In this document: in pieces, positions 17,501 through 26,567 of the stretch | How positions within the stretch are numbered: the stretch's first letter is position 1 | Layout: every line of letters starts with the position of its first letter | Assembly (NCBI GenBank): GCA_964545945.1 | Contig: CAZJID010000003.1 | Coordinates: forward strand, 1-45,449 | Direction: 5' to 3' | DNA from: an uncultured Dehalococcoidales bacterium | Lineage (GTDB): Bacteria; Chloroflexota; Dehalococcoidia; GIF9; UBA5629 | DNA length: 45,449 nucleotides | The notes under the pieces: model-generated | Database searches by the model: none | Told to the model about the DNA's origin: nothing | What the model saw: the letters and a program-made list of their open reading frames with translations, nothing else | Translations under genes and position numbers: made by a program

Positions 17501-18709
17501 ATAACCCAGCATTTCTTTGATAAACGGGTTGGCGTCTATGATTCGTCCTGTGTCTCCATCGAGAATCAATATAGAATCCTGAGCTGTTTCAAAGAGACGC
17601 CTGTATTTAGTCTCAGAATCTATTAGATTTTTCTCCAACTTCTTTCGTCCGGCCTCTGCCTTATAAAGTTTCTGATATACCTGCCTTTGTCGGCGCTGCC
17701 AGACGAGTCCGATGATGGCGAGCGCGGCGGCCATGAGTCCGGCAATGGAAGCTATGATAAATCCGGACCGCCCGCGCCAGGTAGCCAGTGCCTCGCTGGT
17801 ATCTATTTTGGCCACCAGGTACCAGGGGGAATCAGGAATAGGTTGGAGTGCCGCCAATACCGCTATCCCGCGATAGTCTTTGCCTTCAAACACCCCATCC
17901 TTCCCCAGTACAACCATAACTGCCGGTACATCCTGCCGGCTTAACGGTATTCTCAATTTTAAGGCGGTGTCCTGCTGGTGACGCAGCTCGTTCAAAAATA
18001 ACACCTGGTCACCATCACGTTCCACCAGCAGAGCCTCTCCCGTCTGGCTTGACATGGGAAAAGACTGCACCAGTGGGTAAAGATAGCGAGAGGGGTCGAT
18101 GTACAAAACCACGGCACCTAATGCCGTGGGCGAATCTTGCCTCCAGGGAAAGATGGGCGCAATGACATTCAGGTGTGGAGAGTTGCTATCCGGAGGATAG
18201 TGAAAATCGGTAAAGACGGCCTGATGTTCCTTGATGGCAAGCGGAAGTTGCGTGAGTGCCATATCACTAAGGCGACGTACGCTATTATTAACGCTTAAAA
18301 GCACGTTGCCGTCGATGTCAGTGAGCAATATGTCCTGATACGGATATGATTGCGCCACGATGGCCAGGTCACCAATGACTTTATTCCTGGCCTCATTATC
18401 GGTTGGCGTAGCTATATACGCAGCCACCGTGTCGGTGAAGGACGGACTTCCGGCCAGTGTATTGGCATCTACCAACCTGGCGGCGCGCCACTCAGAAATC
18501 TGGTCCGCTTTCGACTCAGCTACGATTGAGAGCCCGCTCTCAGTGCGGTGGCGCTGTTGCTGTTCCTGGAAGTGGTAAAGCAAGTATCCCCCAGCCAGAA
18601 TTACCGCCGCCACCAGCGCCATAATCACGGGGAATCCATAAGACGAAAGGAAGCTTTTGCCTCTAGGTAGAGCTTTAGACTTTACTTTGCCCGGCGGTTT
18701 TGTTGTCAT
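14600..18709 (-). CDS. Hybrid sensor histidine kinase (TM-Cache-like-TM, five PAS, HisKA, HATPase, receiver)
   Basis: Five PAS/PAC units ending NITSRK, DITERK, DISSRR, DITERK, DVTEKR; AHEINNPL; receiver ILVVDD...DIKMP...KPF. Start placed at ATG 18709. Confidence 0.93.
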   Translation of the reverse strand: MTTKPPGKVKSKALPRGKSFLSSYGFPVIMALVAAVILAGGYLLYHFQEQQQRHRTESGLSIVAESKADQISEWRAARLVDANTLAGSPSFTDTVAAYIATPTDNEARNKVIGDLAIVAQSYPYQDILLTDIDGNVLLSVNNSVRRLSDMALTQLPLAIKEHQAVFTDFHYPPDSNSPHLNVIAPIFPWRQDSPTALGAVVLYIDPSRYLYPLVQSFPMSSQTGEALLVERDGDQVLFLNELRHQQDTALKLRIPLSRQDVPAVMVVLGKDGVFEGKDYRGIAVLAALQPIPDSPWYLVAKIDTSEALATWRGRSGFIIASIAGLMAAALAIIGLVWQRRQRQVYQKLYKAEAGRKKLEKNLIDSETKYRRLFETAQDSILILDGDTGRIIDANPFIKEMLGYTLEELQGKYLWEIGTFKDIVASKGAFKKLKKKGYIRYDHLPLETKDGEQIHVEFVSNRYTVDSQEVFQCNIRNITSRKQAEDKLRESQERFRALIENSQDAITLLAADGTVLYDSPSIMRILGYEPTERIGRSVFDFVHPDQCQDMADGFMKFTQQTGAVIRSEMPFLHKDGTPRWIEGMRSNLLHEPAIQAVVVNYRDITERKQAEDALRESEDKFRSIFDNSVDAVFLTEPNGGIIAANPAACTMFGYTEAEFRKYGRNAVADASDPITNMALERRKNTGKFEGELIFKRKDGTTFPGEISSVVFKDRHGDSRTSMVVRDISSRRQAEEALHQSEIKYRSLVEHSPDIIWSFSSKSGTIYVSSRVEPILGYTPAYLYDHPWLWNKSIHPKDQQRVDRAIADFVAGKELNVVYRIKNSSGDWLWFNDRSIGRQEIGEEVIIEGISTDITERKHAEEALERSEERYRTILEGMDDSYYEVDLAGNFTFVNDSLCHRLGHCREELIGMNYRNYTPAEASDDTFKTFNRVYRTGKPVKGVPSVAIARNGSLIFTERSVFPLHNEEGKIIGFRGISRDVTEKRMAEENRRQLEQKTQISSRLASVGEMAAGVAHEINNPLTAVTGYAQLLAERDDLPADIRSDLAAINDGARRVAGIVQRLLAFSRQTKPEQKYVDINDLIESTLILRAYHLRVNNIKVVTRLYPGLLETVVDPGQIQQVILNLIVNAETEMKLAHGKGKLTITTKKSHNTISLSIKDNGPGIKPEVMDKIFNPFFTTREVGQGTGLGLSLCYGIIAEHKGKIYAESKPGKGVTFIVELPVVEEFTSPEQAKMQFEPEKAIKGRILVVDDEQTVRDVVKRVLTKEGHKIETADDADEALKKIERKKYNLILVDIKMPGMNGVELFKRIRKIDKSLAVKVVFITGDIMSADTEKFLSETKVSHISKPFNAGQLKLEINRALSGEPLGQDK

Positions 18710-18713
18710 TTGC

Positions 18714-18932
18714 TTAGCTTGCCTCGCCTTTTGATAGCCACAAATCAATGGTATCTTTACGGAAACGTAGCTGGCGGCCTACTTTACTTACCGGTATTTG
18801 CTTCTGCCTAACCAAACGATAAATACTTGCCCTTGAAATTCGTAGATATCCGGCAAGCTCGATGGTAGTCATCAATTCTGGTTTTACACCTTTTGAAATT
18901 ACCATTGGCTCTGTTTCTCCTCTTTTTAGCAT
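18714..18932 (-). CDS. Excisionase-family (HTH_17/MerR-like) DNA-binding protein
   Basis: LMTTIELAGYLRISRASIYRLVRQKQIPVSKVGRQLRFRKDTIDLWL. Confidence 0.88.
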   Translation of the reverse strand: MLKRGETEPMVISKGVKPELMTTIELAGYLRISRASIYRLVRQKQIPVSKVGRQLRFRKDTIDLWLSKGEAS

Positions 18933-19244
18933 CGCTGATCAATATTGCACTCTACCTAAATTAGAGATGCATTATTAGTCAATAGTATGCACAATATATC
19001 AATAGCAAGCAAAGGCCGACAGACCTATTTAGGCTATTCTTATTGGTACTTTGGTCATGTGCTCGATATTCTTGTACGCTCAAGAGGTGGGGATTTTAAA
19101 AACTCGCAGCAGTCTATGAATAGATAATTGCTATATGAGGGGCGAGTTCAACTCATATTCCTGCTTGTCTCACGGACCAAGACAAAAGCTCGTAAACCTT
19201 TAAGAATGGTTTAGCGTTAATAGTTGCAAAAGGGAGGTATGGAA

Positions 19245-19385
19245 ATGCAAGCTTATTGTGTGACATGCCGTACCAAAAGGCAGATGAGCCGTCCCAAAAC
19301 CGTTAAGACCGATAACGGCAAGCCGGCTATAAAAGGTGTTTGCCCCAAATGCGGGACAGCGATGTACCGCATAGCCGGTAACTGA
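19245..19385 (+). CDS. Small four-Cys zinc-ribbon protein, DUF5679-like (46 aa)
   Basis: Below the ORF-track cutoff. GGAGGT RBS, then MQAYCVTCRTKRQMSRPKTVKTDNGKPAIKGVCPKCGTAMYRIAGN*; alternative in-frame ATG at 19239. Confidence 0.85.
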   Translation: MQAYCVTCRTKRQMSRPKTVKTDNGKPAIKGVCPKCGTAMYRIAGN

Positions 19386-19421
19386 AAATATTATCTTGAC
19401 CTGGAAGCCGCTTAGTTTTCG

Positions 19422-20126
19422 TCAATTTGAGTTTCGATTTCCGTTCCGCTTCTTAAGCCTGGCCAGTACGGCTTCGCTCTCCAGCTCTCTGATGGCGTCG
19501 GCGGCCACCCAGCGGGCAGCTTTTGAATCAAGCTTTTGGATTTCCCTGGCAGTATCCAGGGCGACTTTATTCAGGCTCAGGTTCCTTTTCCCGATAGTCC
19601 TCAACGCCCAGTTGACCGCTTTCTTGACGAAGTTACGCTCGTCAGTAGCGCCTTTCTTTATGACCGGCAAAAACTGCATGATTTTGGCGTCACTTGCTGT
19701 CCTGTCATGCCATGCCACACAGGCTATCAGCGAAAAGGCGGTCCTTTTGACAAACTCTTCGTCCCGCTCCGACCAGTCGATGATTTTCTTCCAGGCCAGC
19801 GGGGTTTTTTCGAAGAGGTTCATGCATACCTGGTCGCAGACGTCCCAGGAATCGATGTCTTTGACCCAGTCTTCCATCTGCTGTTCGGTCAGCTTATCGG
19901 GTTCATCAACCAGAGCAGCTACGATTCTGGCTTCAGCTATGCCCGTGTTCCATAACTCCAGCGCCAGAGTATGGTCTCTGCCCGTTTCTTTGGCTAACTT
20001 TCTCATATCAGGGACCGAGACGCCCAGTCTTCGCTTGACCGCCATTCCGTATTTAGCCATGCTGGCTAGCTGGTCGGGCCTGGCTTTGCTTTGCAATTTG
20101 TCGAGAACATCTTTCACGGAAGGCAC
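19422..20126 (-). CDS. DNA alkylation repair protein (AlkD-like HEAT-repeat glycosylase)
   Basis: GVSVPDMRKLAK, LWNTGIAEAR, SWDVCD, DERNFVKKAVNWALRTIGKR; GGAGGAG RBS. Confidence 0.9.
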   Translation of the reverse strand: MPSVKDVLDKLQSKARPDQLASMAKYGMAVKRRLGVSVPDMRKLAKETGRDHTLALELWNTGIAEARIVAALVDEPDKLTEQQMEDWVKDIDSWDVCDQVCMNLFEKTPLAWKKIIDWSERDEEFVKRTAFSLIACVAWHDRTASDAKIMQFLPVIKKGATDERNFVKKAVNWALRTIGKRNLSLNKVALDTAREIQKLDSKAARWVAADAIRELESEAVLARLKKRNGNRNSN

Positions 20127-20182
20127 TGTTTCACTCCTCCATAACAGGATGAAAAATTTGATAGCCCGATGTATTTTAAGTG

Positions 20183-21688
20183 TTAAGATGTGCCGGGCGG
20201 GACATTGGCCACGAACGACTTCTTATCCTGCTTGCAGATGACCTGAATCAGGTTGCGGGCTGACATAGCTGCCGAGGGCACACCGCCTCCCGGCTCCACC
20301 CACTGACCGCACATGTAGAAATTCTTAAGTCCGGGCAAGGTTTTGCTCATGCTCATACCGAAATTATTGGTGGTGATTAGCCAGCCTTCAAAGCTGGCCC
20401 GCCAGTTGCTGGTATAGCGCTCCCAGGTTATCGGAGTGGCCACATCTCGCATCTCTATCTGCCTGGCAAGACCGGGAAAACGCTGGTCGAGCAAGCCAAT
20501 TACTTGATTGGCGATCTTCTCCTTTTCTTCCTTGTAGCGTTCAGGATTTTGCCGCAGGTCTTTCCAGTAGTCGTAGTCGGCGTAAAACTTAACATCTATT
20601 ACCGTCTTTCCCGGCGGCGCCAGGGTGGAGTCGAAGTTGTAAATCTCTACCCCTAATATTTTTTCTTCTTTACCGGCGATAACCATTGGTTGGTTAAGAT
20701 GGTACAGGAGCAACCGCGGCTCGCCCTCGAAAGAGCGGGCCACGCCCAGGCTTACCTGTATCAAGCCGGGGAAGATAGGGAGCCTGTCATAGTTTTCCCT
20801 GATTTTTTTATCTATATACCTGCCCTCAAGCATCTGGAAAATGGTGGCATGACCGTCGGCAGCGGAGATAACGATATCAGCCTTATGCTCTTTACCGTTG
20901 GCCAGACGCACGCCCACTGCTTTGCCTCCCTGGACCAATATTTTGCTTACTGGCGAGCGGTAGTAAAGCTCACCACCGAGATTTCGATAGCGGCGCTCGA
21001 TAGCCCGGGAAAACTCCAGCGAGCCACCTTCCGGGTAGCCGGCAGATTTCTGGCTGTACCAGGCGAGTGTGAAAAGCACCGCCATCATGGGAAAGTCGGG
21101 AAGATTGAACATCAGAGGAAAAACCCGGCGCAGGAACGGGTCGGTAAATTCAGCGGCGAAGTCCTGGATGCTAACGTTTTTCCAGGTTCCCAGAAGCTTC
21201 AAATAAGGGCGCATCCTGGCCGCTAACTTGGCCATGTCCTCCGACCCGTAGAGCTCCGGCGCTTTGTCAATCGGCATGTCTATTCCGGAGCAGTCACGCA
21301 CGGCATTGGTGAATTTCTCGATTACCTTCTTATCTTGTGGGGCGAGCTCTTTCATATGCTGCTCGAGTTTGTCGATGTCGGTATAGACGGTGAAGGCTTT
21401 GCCATCTTCATCCTCGATACTTATGAATTCTTCGTGGTCGATCATGCGCCGTCCCTGCACAGCGCCCAGCTCCTGCCATATGCGATAGAAGCTGTTGCCG
21501 GGGCCAGACCCCACCAGCCAGTGAAGGCAGCCGTCTATGGTGTAATTTTTACGTTTCCACGAGGTGCACAAACCGCCCGGTCTATCCTGCGTTTCGAAAA
21601 TGCGAGTAGGATAGCCGTTCATCTGGCCGTAGCAACCCGCCGCCAAGCCAGCAATTCCAGCGCCGATGATTATTATGGACTTGTCCAT
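20183..21688 (-). CDS. Phytoene desaturase-family NAD(P)/FAD-dependent oxidoreductase
   Basis: IIIIGAGIAGL, PGGLCTSW, YPEGGS, DVATPITWERYT, FYMCGQWVEPGGGVP. Confidence 0.88.
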   Translation of the reverse strand: MDKSIIIIGAGIAGLAAGCYGQMNGYPTRIFETQDRPGGLCTSWKRKNYTIDGCLHWLVGSGPGNSFYRIWQELGAVQGRRMIDHEEFISIEDEDGKAFTVYTDIDKLEQHMKELAPQDKKVIEKFTNAVRDCSGIDMPIDKAPELYGSEDMAKLAARMRPYLKLLGTWKNVSIQDFAAEFTDPFLRRVFPLMFNLPDFPMMAVLFTLAWYSQKSAGYPEGGSLEFSRAIERRYRNLGGELYYRSPVSKILVQGGKAVGVRLANGKEHKADIVISAADGHATIFQMLEGRYIDKKIRENYDRLPIFPGLIQVSLGVARSFEGEPRLLLYHLNQPMVIAGKEEKILGVEIYNFDSTLAPPGKTVIDVKFYADYDYWKDLRQNPERYKEEKEKIANQVIGLLDQRFPGLARQIEMRDVATPITWERYTSNWRASFEGWLITTNNFGMSMSKTLPGLKNFYMCGQWVEPGGGVPSAAMSARNLIQVICKQDKKSFVANVPPGTS

Positions 21689-21774
21689 TGCTCCGCTCCC
21701 CCCGGTAAATTAAGATACCAGTTTCGTTTACAGATTCTAGCATAACTGGCATTCTTGCGCCTGGAAGTTTCTTT

Positions 21775-21921
21775 TGAAGAGGCAATCAAATCGGTGCTGT
21801 CAGTGGTGCCGCCATCGGCAACGATTATCTCAACGCCTGTGTCCAGTCTTTGTATATCGTCAATGCAGGGGCCCAGAAACATTTTTTCATTAAGTGTTGG
21901 GATAATAACCGAGAAATTCAT
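21775..21921 (-). pseudogene. Truncated family 2 glycosyltransferase (N-terminal fragment)
   Basis: MNFSVIIPTLNE...EIIVADGGTTDST with a GGAG RBS; similarity stops after about 49 aa. Confidence 0.75.
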
Positions 21922-21977
21922 GTTGCTCCATGAACATCATACCGAAAGGTATTCTAAAATGTCCACCGCGGCGCTAT

Positions 21978-23168
21978 CTACTGGATGGCTTGATTTCTCA
22001 GATTGGTTAACGGCTTCATGCGGGCCAGTTGTCTCGAAAGGAACAGCGATACGATGGTCGAGATGGCTAGTGTCAAGACAAGAAATTGAACAATCGCAGC
22101 CCCGGACAAGACCACGGGCGCGGTTAAAACAGACAGGTTGTTGCCCAGCCCCTGAGATATTTGAGCCTGTACACTGATAGAGCCAATGCCTGCTATCACG
22201 AGAAGGCTTATAATAGTACCCAGAATAAATCCCAGTAAGGTCTGTACGAATATCTCGGAAACTATCTGCCTGCTTATATTGGCTTTTGTCCAGCCGACCG
22301 TCTGCAGAATACCTATGTCTTTTCTTCTCTCCATTAGGGAGTTAGTGTTGACCTGGAATAATATCAGCGCCATGATAACGGCAACAATGGCCAGGAAGAG
22401 CAAACGGAACCTCTCGAAGATTTTGACGACGTTGCCGACCGATGCCGCAATGGAGCTTCCGGAAACGACCACAGCATCTTTATCGATCCCGCTGATCTCG
22501 GAGCGGACGGCGTCCTCTGAAGACAGCGAATCCAGTTTGACGTAAAGCTGGCTGTAGCCGTTGGTCTCCAGAAGCGCCTGAGCATCCGGCAAATCTATGT
22601 ACATGTTCGTAGCAGAGACCTGGCTTTCCTCCTCTGCCGAGAGAATGCCGATAATTTCAAATTGGGTATCGCCCAACAACAGACTGTCTCCAAGGTTTAG
22701 CCCGTAAAATTTGGCGAAGTGCTTCTCAGCTATCGCCTTGTGCTCGTCGCCTGTCTGGAGAAAACGACCGGAGGTAATCCACGACCTGTATTTCTCTCCT
22801 ATGTAACTATCGGGTTCCAGTCCCTCTATCGAAGTGAACTCTCCCTTATCGAAGCGCCACAATACCAGTGTTTTAGAGACATCTTCTATATGATTTGAGG
22901 CGGCTATGTTGTCTATTTCAACCCGGTCGAACACGCCGCTGCCGAAGGGCAGGCGTATGGAGTCGGTGGGGCTTGCTGTGGACTGTGGGGTGGACTTGTG
23001 AATTACCATGTCCACGCCGACATCATGGAAAGGAAGGTAAATGGCCTGGGAGTAGGCATTCGTTACCGATGTCAGAACTACGAAAATAGCTACCAGGACG
23101 GCAACAACCAGCAGATTGGTCAAGGTCCTGCCTTTGCGGCGCGTAAATTCTCTTAGGAGATACAGCAA
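21978..23168 (-). CDS. MacB/FtsX-family ABC transporter permease
   Basis: N-terminal TM, large extracytoplasmic domain, ERRKDIGILQTVGW, three C-terminal TMs. Confidence 0.88.
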   Translation of the reverse strand: MLYLLREFTRRKGRTLTNLLVVAVLVAIFVVLTSVTNAYSQAIYLPFHDVGVDMVIHKSTPQSTASPTDSIRLPFGSGVFDRVEIDNIAASNHIEDVSKTLVLWRFDKGEFTSIEGLEPDSYIGEKYRSWITSGRFLQTGDEHKAIAEKHFAKFYGLNLGDSLLLGDTQFEIIGILSAEEESQVSATNMYIDLPDAQALLETNGYSQLYVKLDSLSSEDAVRSEISGIDKDAVVVSGSSIAASVGNVVKIFERFRLLFLAIVAVIMALILFQVNTNSLMERRKDIGILQTVGWTKANISRQIVSEIFVQTLLGFILGTIISLLVIAGIGSISVQAQISQGLGNNLSVLTAPVVLSGAAIVQFLVLTLAISTIVSLFLSRQLARMKPLTNLRNQAIQ

Positions 23169-23209
23169 ATATATTTAAGTCCCTTGATAATCAAACTTGC
23201 GGCTCGGAG

Positions 23210-23734
23210 CTAGCTGTGTATTAGGCCGGCTAATACCGTATCCAGCTCTTCCTCGGTCCACTGCTGGCCTTCGAACCACTGGAAGTCCACCGTTTTGCCG
23301 TTAACTTCGTATTCATACGTGCCGTTTATGATAACGTTCATGTGTGCGGTAAGACCGTGCTCTTGAAAATAACTCTGGCCCTGCGATGTGGCTAAATCGA
23401 CCCAGGTGACATCGACATCCCCCTCGTATTTGGACAGCACTTCCTTGATGGCGCGCACCGTCGGCTGCATCGGGCCGTGATTGATGTATCCGGCGATGAC
23501 AACGCTAACGGGACTTGCAGCAACCGCTGGCGGAGCTGTTTCTTCGGAAGGCGGGGATGTCTGAGGAGGCGATGAGGTGGATTCCGTATTTTCCGGCGCA
23601 TTTGTAGGCGGTTGAGATTGAGCGGGCTGATTGCTTGCGGATGACTGAGTTGTACACGCGGCTGTAATAGGAATACCGATTAACAGCAGACTTAATAAAA
23701 TTACAGCGGTTAAACCGGTTTGTTTAGTTCTCAT
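23210..23734 (-). CDS. Lipoprotein with Ser/Pro-rich linker and a probable thioredoxin-like domain lacking CxxC
   Basis: Signal peptide ending TAAC; S/P/T/Q linker; compact ~100-aa alpha/beta domain with NHGPMQPT. Confidence 0.65.
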   Translation of the reverse strand: MRTKQTGLTAVILLSLLLIGIPITAACTTQSSASNQPAQSQPPTNAPENTESTSSPPQTSPPSEETAPPAVAASPVSVVIAGYINHGPMQPTVRAIKEVLSKYEGDVDVTWVDLATSQGQSYFQEHGLTAHMNVIINGTYEYEVNGKTVDFQWFEGQQWTEEELDTVLAGLIHS

Positions 23735-24392
23735 TGACTATTCTCCCATCTAAAATTCTGATTATACGGTCGGATTCACCGGCTATTTTGTCATCATGTG
23801 TTACCAGTACCACCGTTTGACCCCTGTCCTTGTTCAGGCTGCGCAGCAGTCCGGTTATCATCTGACCGGTCTTACTATCGAGGTTGCCGGTGGGTTCATC
23901 GGCGAAAAGCAATTTTGGTTCATTTATCAGCGCCCTGGCCACCGCCACCCGCTGCTGCTCACCGCCGGAAAGCTCGTTGGGATAATGGTCTAATCTCTGC
24001 GTCAGGCCCACATCCTTGGCTACTTTTCGGGAGCGTTCGAACATGTCTTTCCTGGACAAATGCTCGGGAAACAACGGCAGCGCGATGTTCTCCACTACAT
24101 TGAGCGTAGGTATGAGGTTGAAAGATTGAAAAACGAAACCTACATTATATCTGCGGAATATTGCCAGTTCATCCTCCGTCATTGAGGTAAGGTCCTTGTC
24201 GGCAACCACTATGTTACCCTCGTCTGCCTTTTCCAGGCCAGCCAGAAGGCCCAGCAGGGTCGTTTTTCCGGAACCGGATGGTCCCTGGATGGCCAGGAAC
24301 TCGCCTTCTTGTATGGTGAAGGATACGTCATCGATAACTCTGACATTGCCCAGGGTTTTGGTCAGTTGATCGACGGCAACGATATTATTCAT
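23724..24392 (-). CDS. ABC transporter ATP-binding protein (LolD/MacB-like)
   Basis: [40 protein letters not shown]. Confidence 0.95.
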   Translation of the reverse strand: MNNIVAVDQLTKTLGNVRVIDDVSFTIQEGEFLAIQGPSGSGKTTLLGLLAGLEKADEGNIVVADKDLTSMTEDELAIFRRYNVGFVFQSFNLIPTLNVVENIALPLFPEHLSRKDMFERSRKVAKDVGLTQRLDHYPNELSGGEQQRVAVARALINEPKLLFADEPTGNLDSKTGQMITGLLRSLNKDRGQTVVLVTHDDKIAGESDRIIRILDGRIVNEN

Positions 24393-25674
24393 GCCTCATC
24401 ACCTCCATGGGCTTGAGTTTATTTATCTGCCAGACGCTCAGGAATGAAGTAGCCAGGCCGACGGCCATAATGACTATGAATGTTATAAATACCTGAAGGG
24501 GCCCCAGCTTGATCGGGAGCAAATGCATTTGTGTCACATTGGCATCGCTGGGGTTGGCCAGCAGGAAATGCGGATAGGCAGTTAGTTCCCAGGGTATGGC
24601 TATCGATACCTTGGTATGACTCAGGGCAACGACGGCGATAACCGATAATATAAGACCGGCGAGAAAACCGGTGAAAATTTGAATGAAGGTTTCCACGGTA
24701 ACTTCCCTTTGTATATCCCCGTTTTTAAAGCCCACGGTTTTCATTATGCCGAATTCCCGTCTCCGCTCCAGAATTATACGCAGGGCGTTTCTGGCGACGA
24801 TAACCGCGGCTCCGATCAAAAGTATTATGGAGATGAGCCAGGTTAGTTTATCCGATAAACGGAAAACGGACGCTATCTGACTGGCGAAAGATTCCGGTGT
24901 GTATATATTGTAACTGCCGATGGTCTCGCCCAGTGGCGTTTTCCCCGAATTTGTACCCGTGTCCGAAACAATTTTATCTATATTTTGCTTCAATGTATTG
25001 AGCTCGGGCTGGCTGCCGTTGACGAATATTATATTTACATCGGTTTTATTGAATGTCTCCACCTGCTGCAGGTTTTTTGAATCGTAGGCCAGTTCTTGTG
25101 CGGTTTTTAATTTGAGATAGATATCGGATTCCAGCACCTCGTTTCCGGAGGTGCCTATGATGCCTGAGACCGTAAACTGCCGGCCGGCTACGGTGGTTGT
25201 ACTGCCCACATCGAGCGAATATTTTTCGGCATACGTCTTTTCCACCAGTATCTGATTGTCAGTGGCGGGAATGGAGCCGTCGATAAGCTTGGCGGCCAGT
25301 TTTTTGCCGAAGTTGTCCTGAAAATCGACGCCGGAAACGCGTTTGAAGTTGTCCTCGTCGAAGACCCATAAAGAAAGGGCCTCGGAAACATCTTTTACTC
25401 CGTCGATATTGCTTATCTCCGATACCAGCTGATGCGGTATAGGTGCCAGGGAACAGGATAACAGAACCCCATCTATCGTCTCGGGGACGTTACCATTTCT
25501 TTGTATGATGATATTTCCCTGAATGTCCTCGAAGGGCAATCTGGCTGTTTCCCGGTAGGCGGTTGCCAGGCTGTTCAAGGTGATGACCATCAAGGTGACC
25601 AGACTGATAGTCAGGACATTGAGCAGATATAGCTTGTTTCTTTTGAGCAGCTCTTTCAGGGCGTAATAGAACAT
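24385..25674 (-). CDS. MacB/FtsX-family ABC transporter permease
   Basis: ERRREFGIMKTVGF; 1+3 TM layout; C-terminal LKPMEVMR. Confidence 0.88.
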   Translation of the reverse strand: MFYYALKELLKRNKLYLLNVLTISLVTLMVITLNSLATAYRETARLPFEDIQGNIIIQRNGNVPETIDGVLLSCSLAPIPHQLVSEISNIDGVKDVSEALSLWVFDEDNFKRVSGVDFQDNFGKKLAAKLIDGSIPATDNQILVEKTYAEKYSLDVGSTTTVAGRQFTVSGIIGTSGNEVLESDIYLKLKTAQELAYDSKNLQQVETFNKTDVNIIFVNGSQPELNTLKQNIDKIVSDTGTNSGKTPLGETIGSYNIYTPESFASQIASVFRLSDKLTWLISIILLIGAAVIVARNALRIILERRREFGIMKTVGFKNGDIQREVTVETFIQIFTGFLAGLILSVIAVVALSHTKVSIAIPWELTAYPHFLLANPSDANVTQMHLLPIKLGPLQVFITFIVIMAVGLATSFLSVWQINKLKPMEVMRHE

Positions 25675-25835
25675 TTACCTGACGTTAATCCTTAACGGCG
25701 GTGCAGTAAATGAGGGCACAAAAGTACAAACTATGGAAAATGGTAACATTGTATTTGGAATATTTGATGAATATTATATGAAGTTTTAGTGAAAACAGGC
25801 AAAAATTCTATTGTTTTACGCTGTGTTTGCTAGGT

Positions 25836-26369
25836 TTATTTGTATTCCAGGTTGAAATCGACCGAGCCCTGCCAGTCGATACTCACCAGCTTCCTGTAGT
25901 GCACGGAATATATGTGTTTCGCCTTCTGAGGATTACCGTGAATAGCTACGACTTGACCGCTGAAGAGGGTATGGTCGCCGCAGACCAGCTGGTCTACGAC
26001 CTTGCACTCGTAGGCTACGGTGACACCTTCGATAAGCGGTGGTTTAACCACGCTGGCCGGAGCTGTCTTGAAGCCTACGGCTTCGAATTTATCGAGGGCA
26101 CGACCTGACTTCGTCCCGCACAGCCAGGCAGCTTTGGCCTGCTCCTCTGAGGGAAAGCAAACGACGAATTCTTTATTGTTTTCCAGGCACTCGTGGGTAT
26201 AGCGGGGATGGCCGACGGAGATGGCCATCATCGGCGGCTGCACGCTGGTGAACGTCCACCAGGCAGCGCCCATGACATTGGGTTTGCCCTCTTTGTCCAC
26301 GGTGACGACCAGTGTATACGGGTAGGGCGAGCTCAGTTCTATGGCGGTGCTGAGGTCGATTTTCTCCAT
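25836..26369 (-). CDS. Flavin reductase-like (flavoredoxin) FMN-binding protein
   Basis: PYTLVVT..GKPNVM, CGTKSGR..DKF, ECKV, GDHTLF. Confidence 0.9.
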   Translation of the reverse strand: MEKIDLSTAIELSSPYPYTLVVTVDKEGKPNVMGAAWWTFTSVQPPMMAISVGHPRYTHECLENNKEFVVCFPSEEQAKAAWLCGTKSGRALDKFEAVGFKTAPASVVKPPLIEGVTVAYECKVVDQLVCGDHTLFSGQVVAIHGNPQKAKHIYSVHYRKLVSIDWQGSVDFNLEYK

Positions 26370-26399
26370 TCAAATCTCCTTTCGAGGCGTCTTAGAATC

Positions 26400-26429
26400 A
26401 TTATATAGAGGGTAAGGTTATGATGGCAA
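26400..26429 (-). promoter_or_regulatory. Putative sigma70 promoter of the flavin reductase gene
   Basis: TTGCCA-18 nt-TATAAT, followed by an AAGGAG RBS. Confidence 0.5.
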
Positions 26430-26567
26430 TAAAGATGGCGGGCTGAACAAACGCTATTTTGTGACCTTTGCTTTCAATAGCTTCGCGATATTGGCTTGAT
26501 AGAATTGACAGACCGTGAAAAATACTTGAAATGAAGTTGGAATCTTCAAGATGCCTGCATAGTACTT

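Noticed and set aside
18714-18932. Excisionase as evidence of a prophage or ICE
   Set aside because: No integrase, att repeats, tRNA or phage genes nearby; the context is signal transduction.
19133-19158. GAGTTCAACTC as a tRNA T-arm or att remnant
   Set aside because: No acceptor stem, CCA end or anticodon arm; only a short ATATGAG/CTCATAT inverted repeat.
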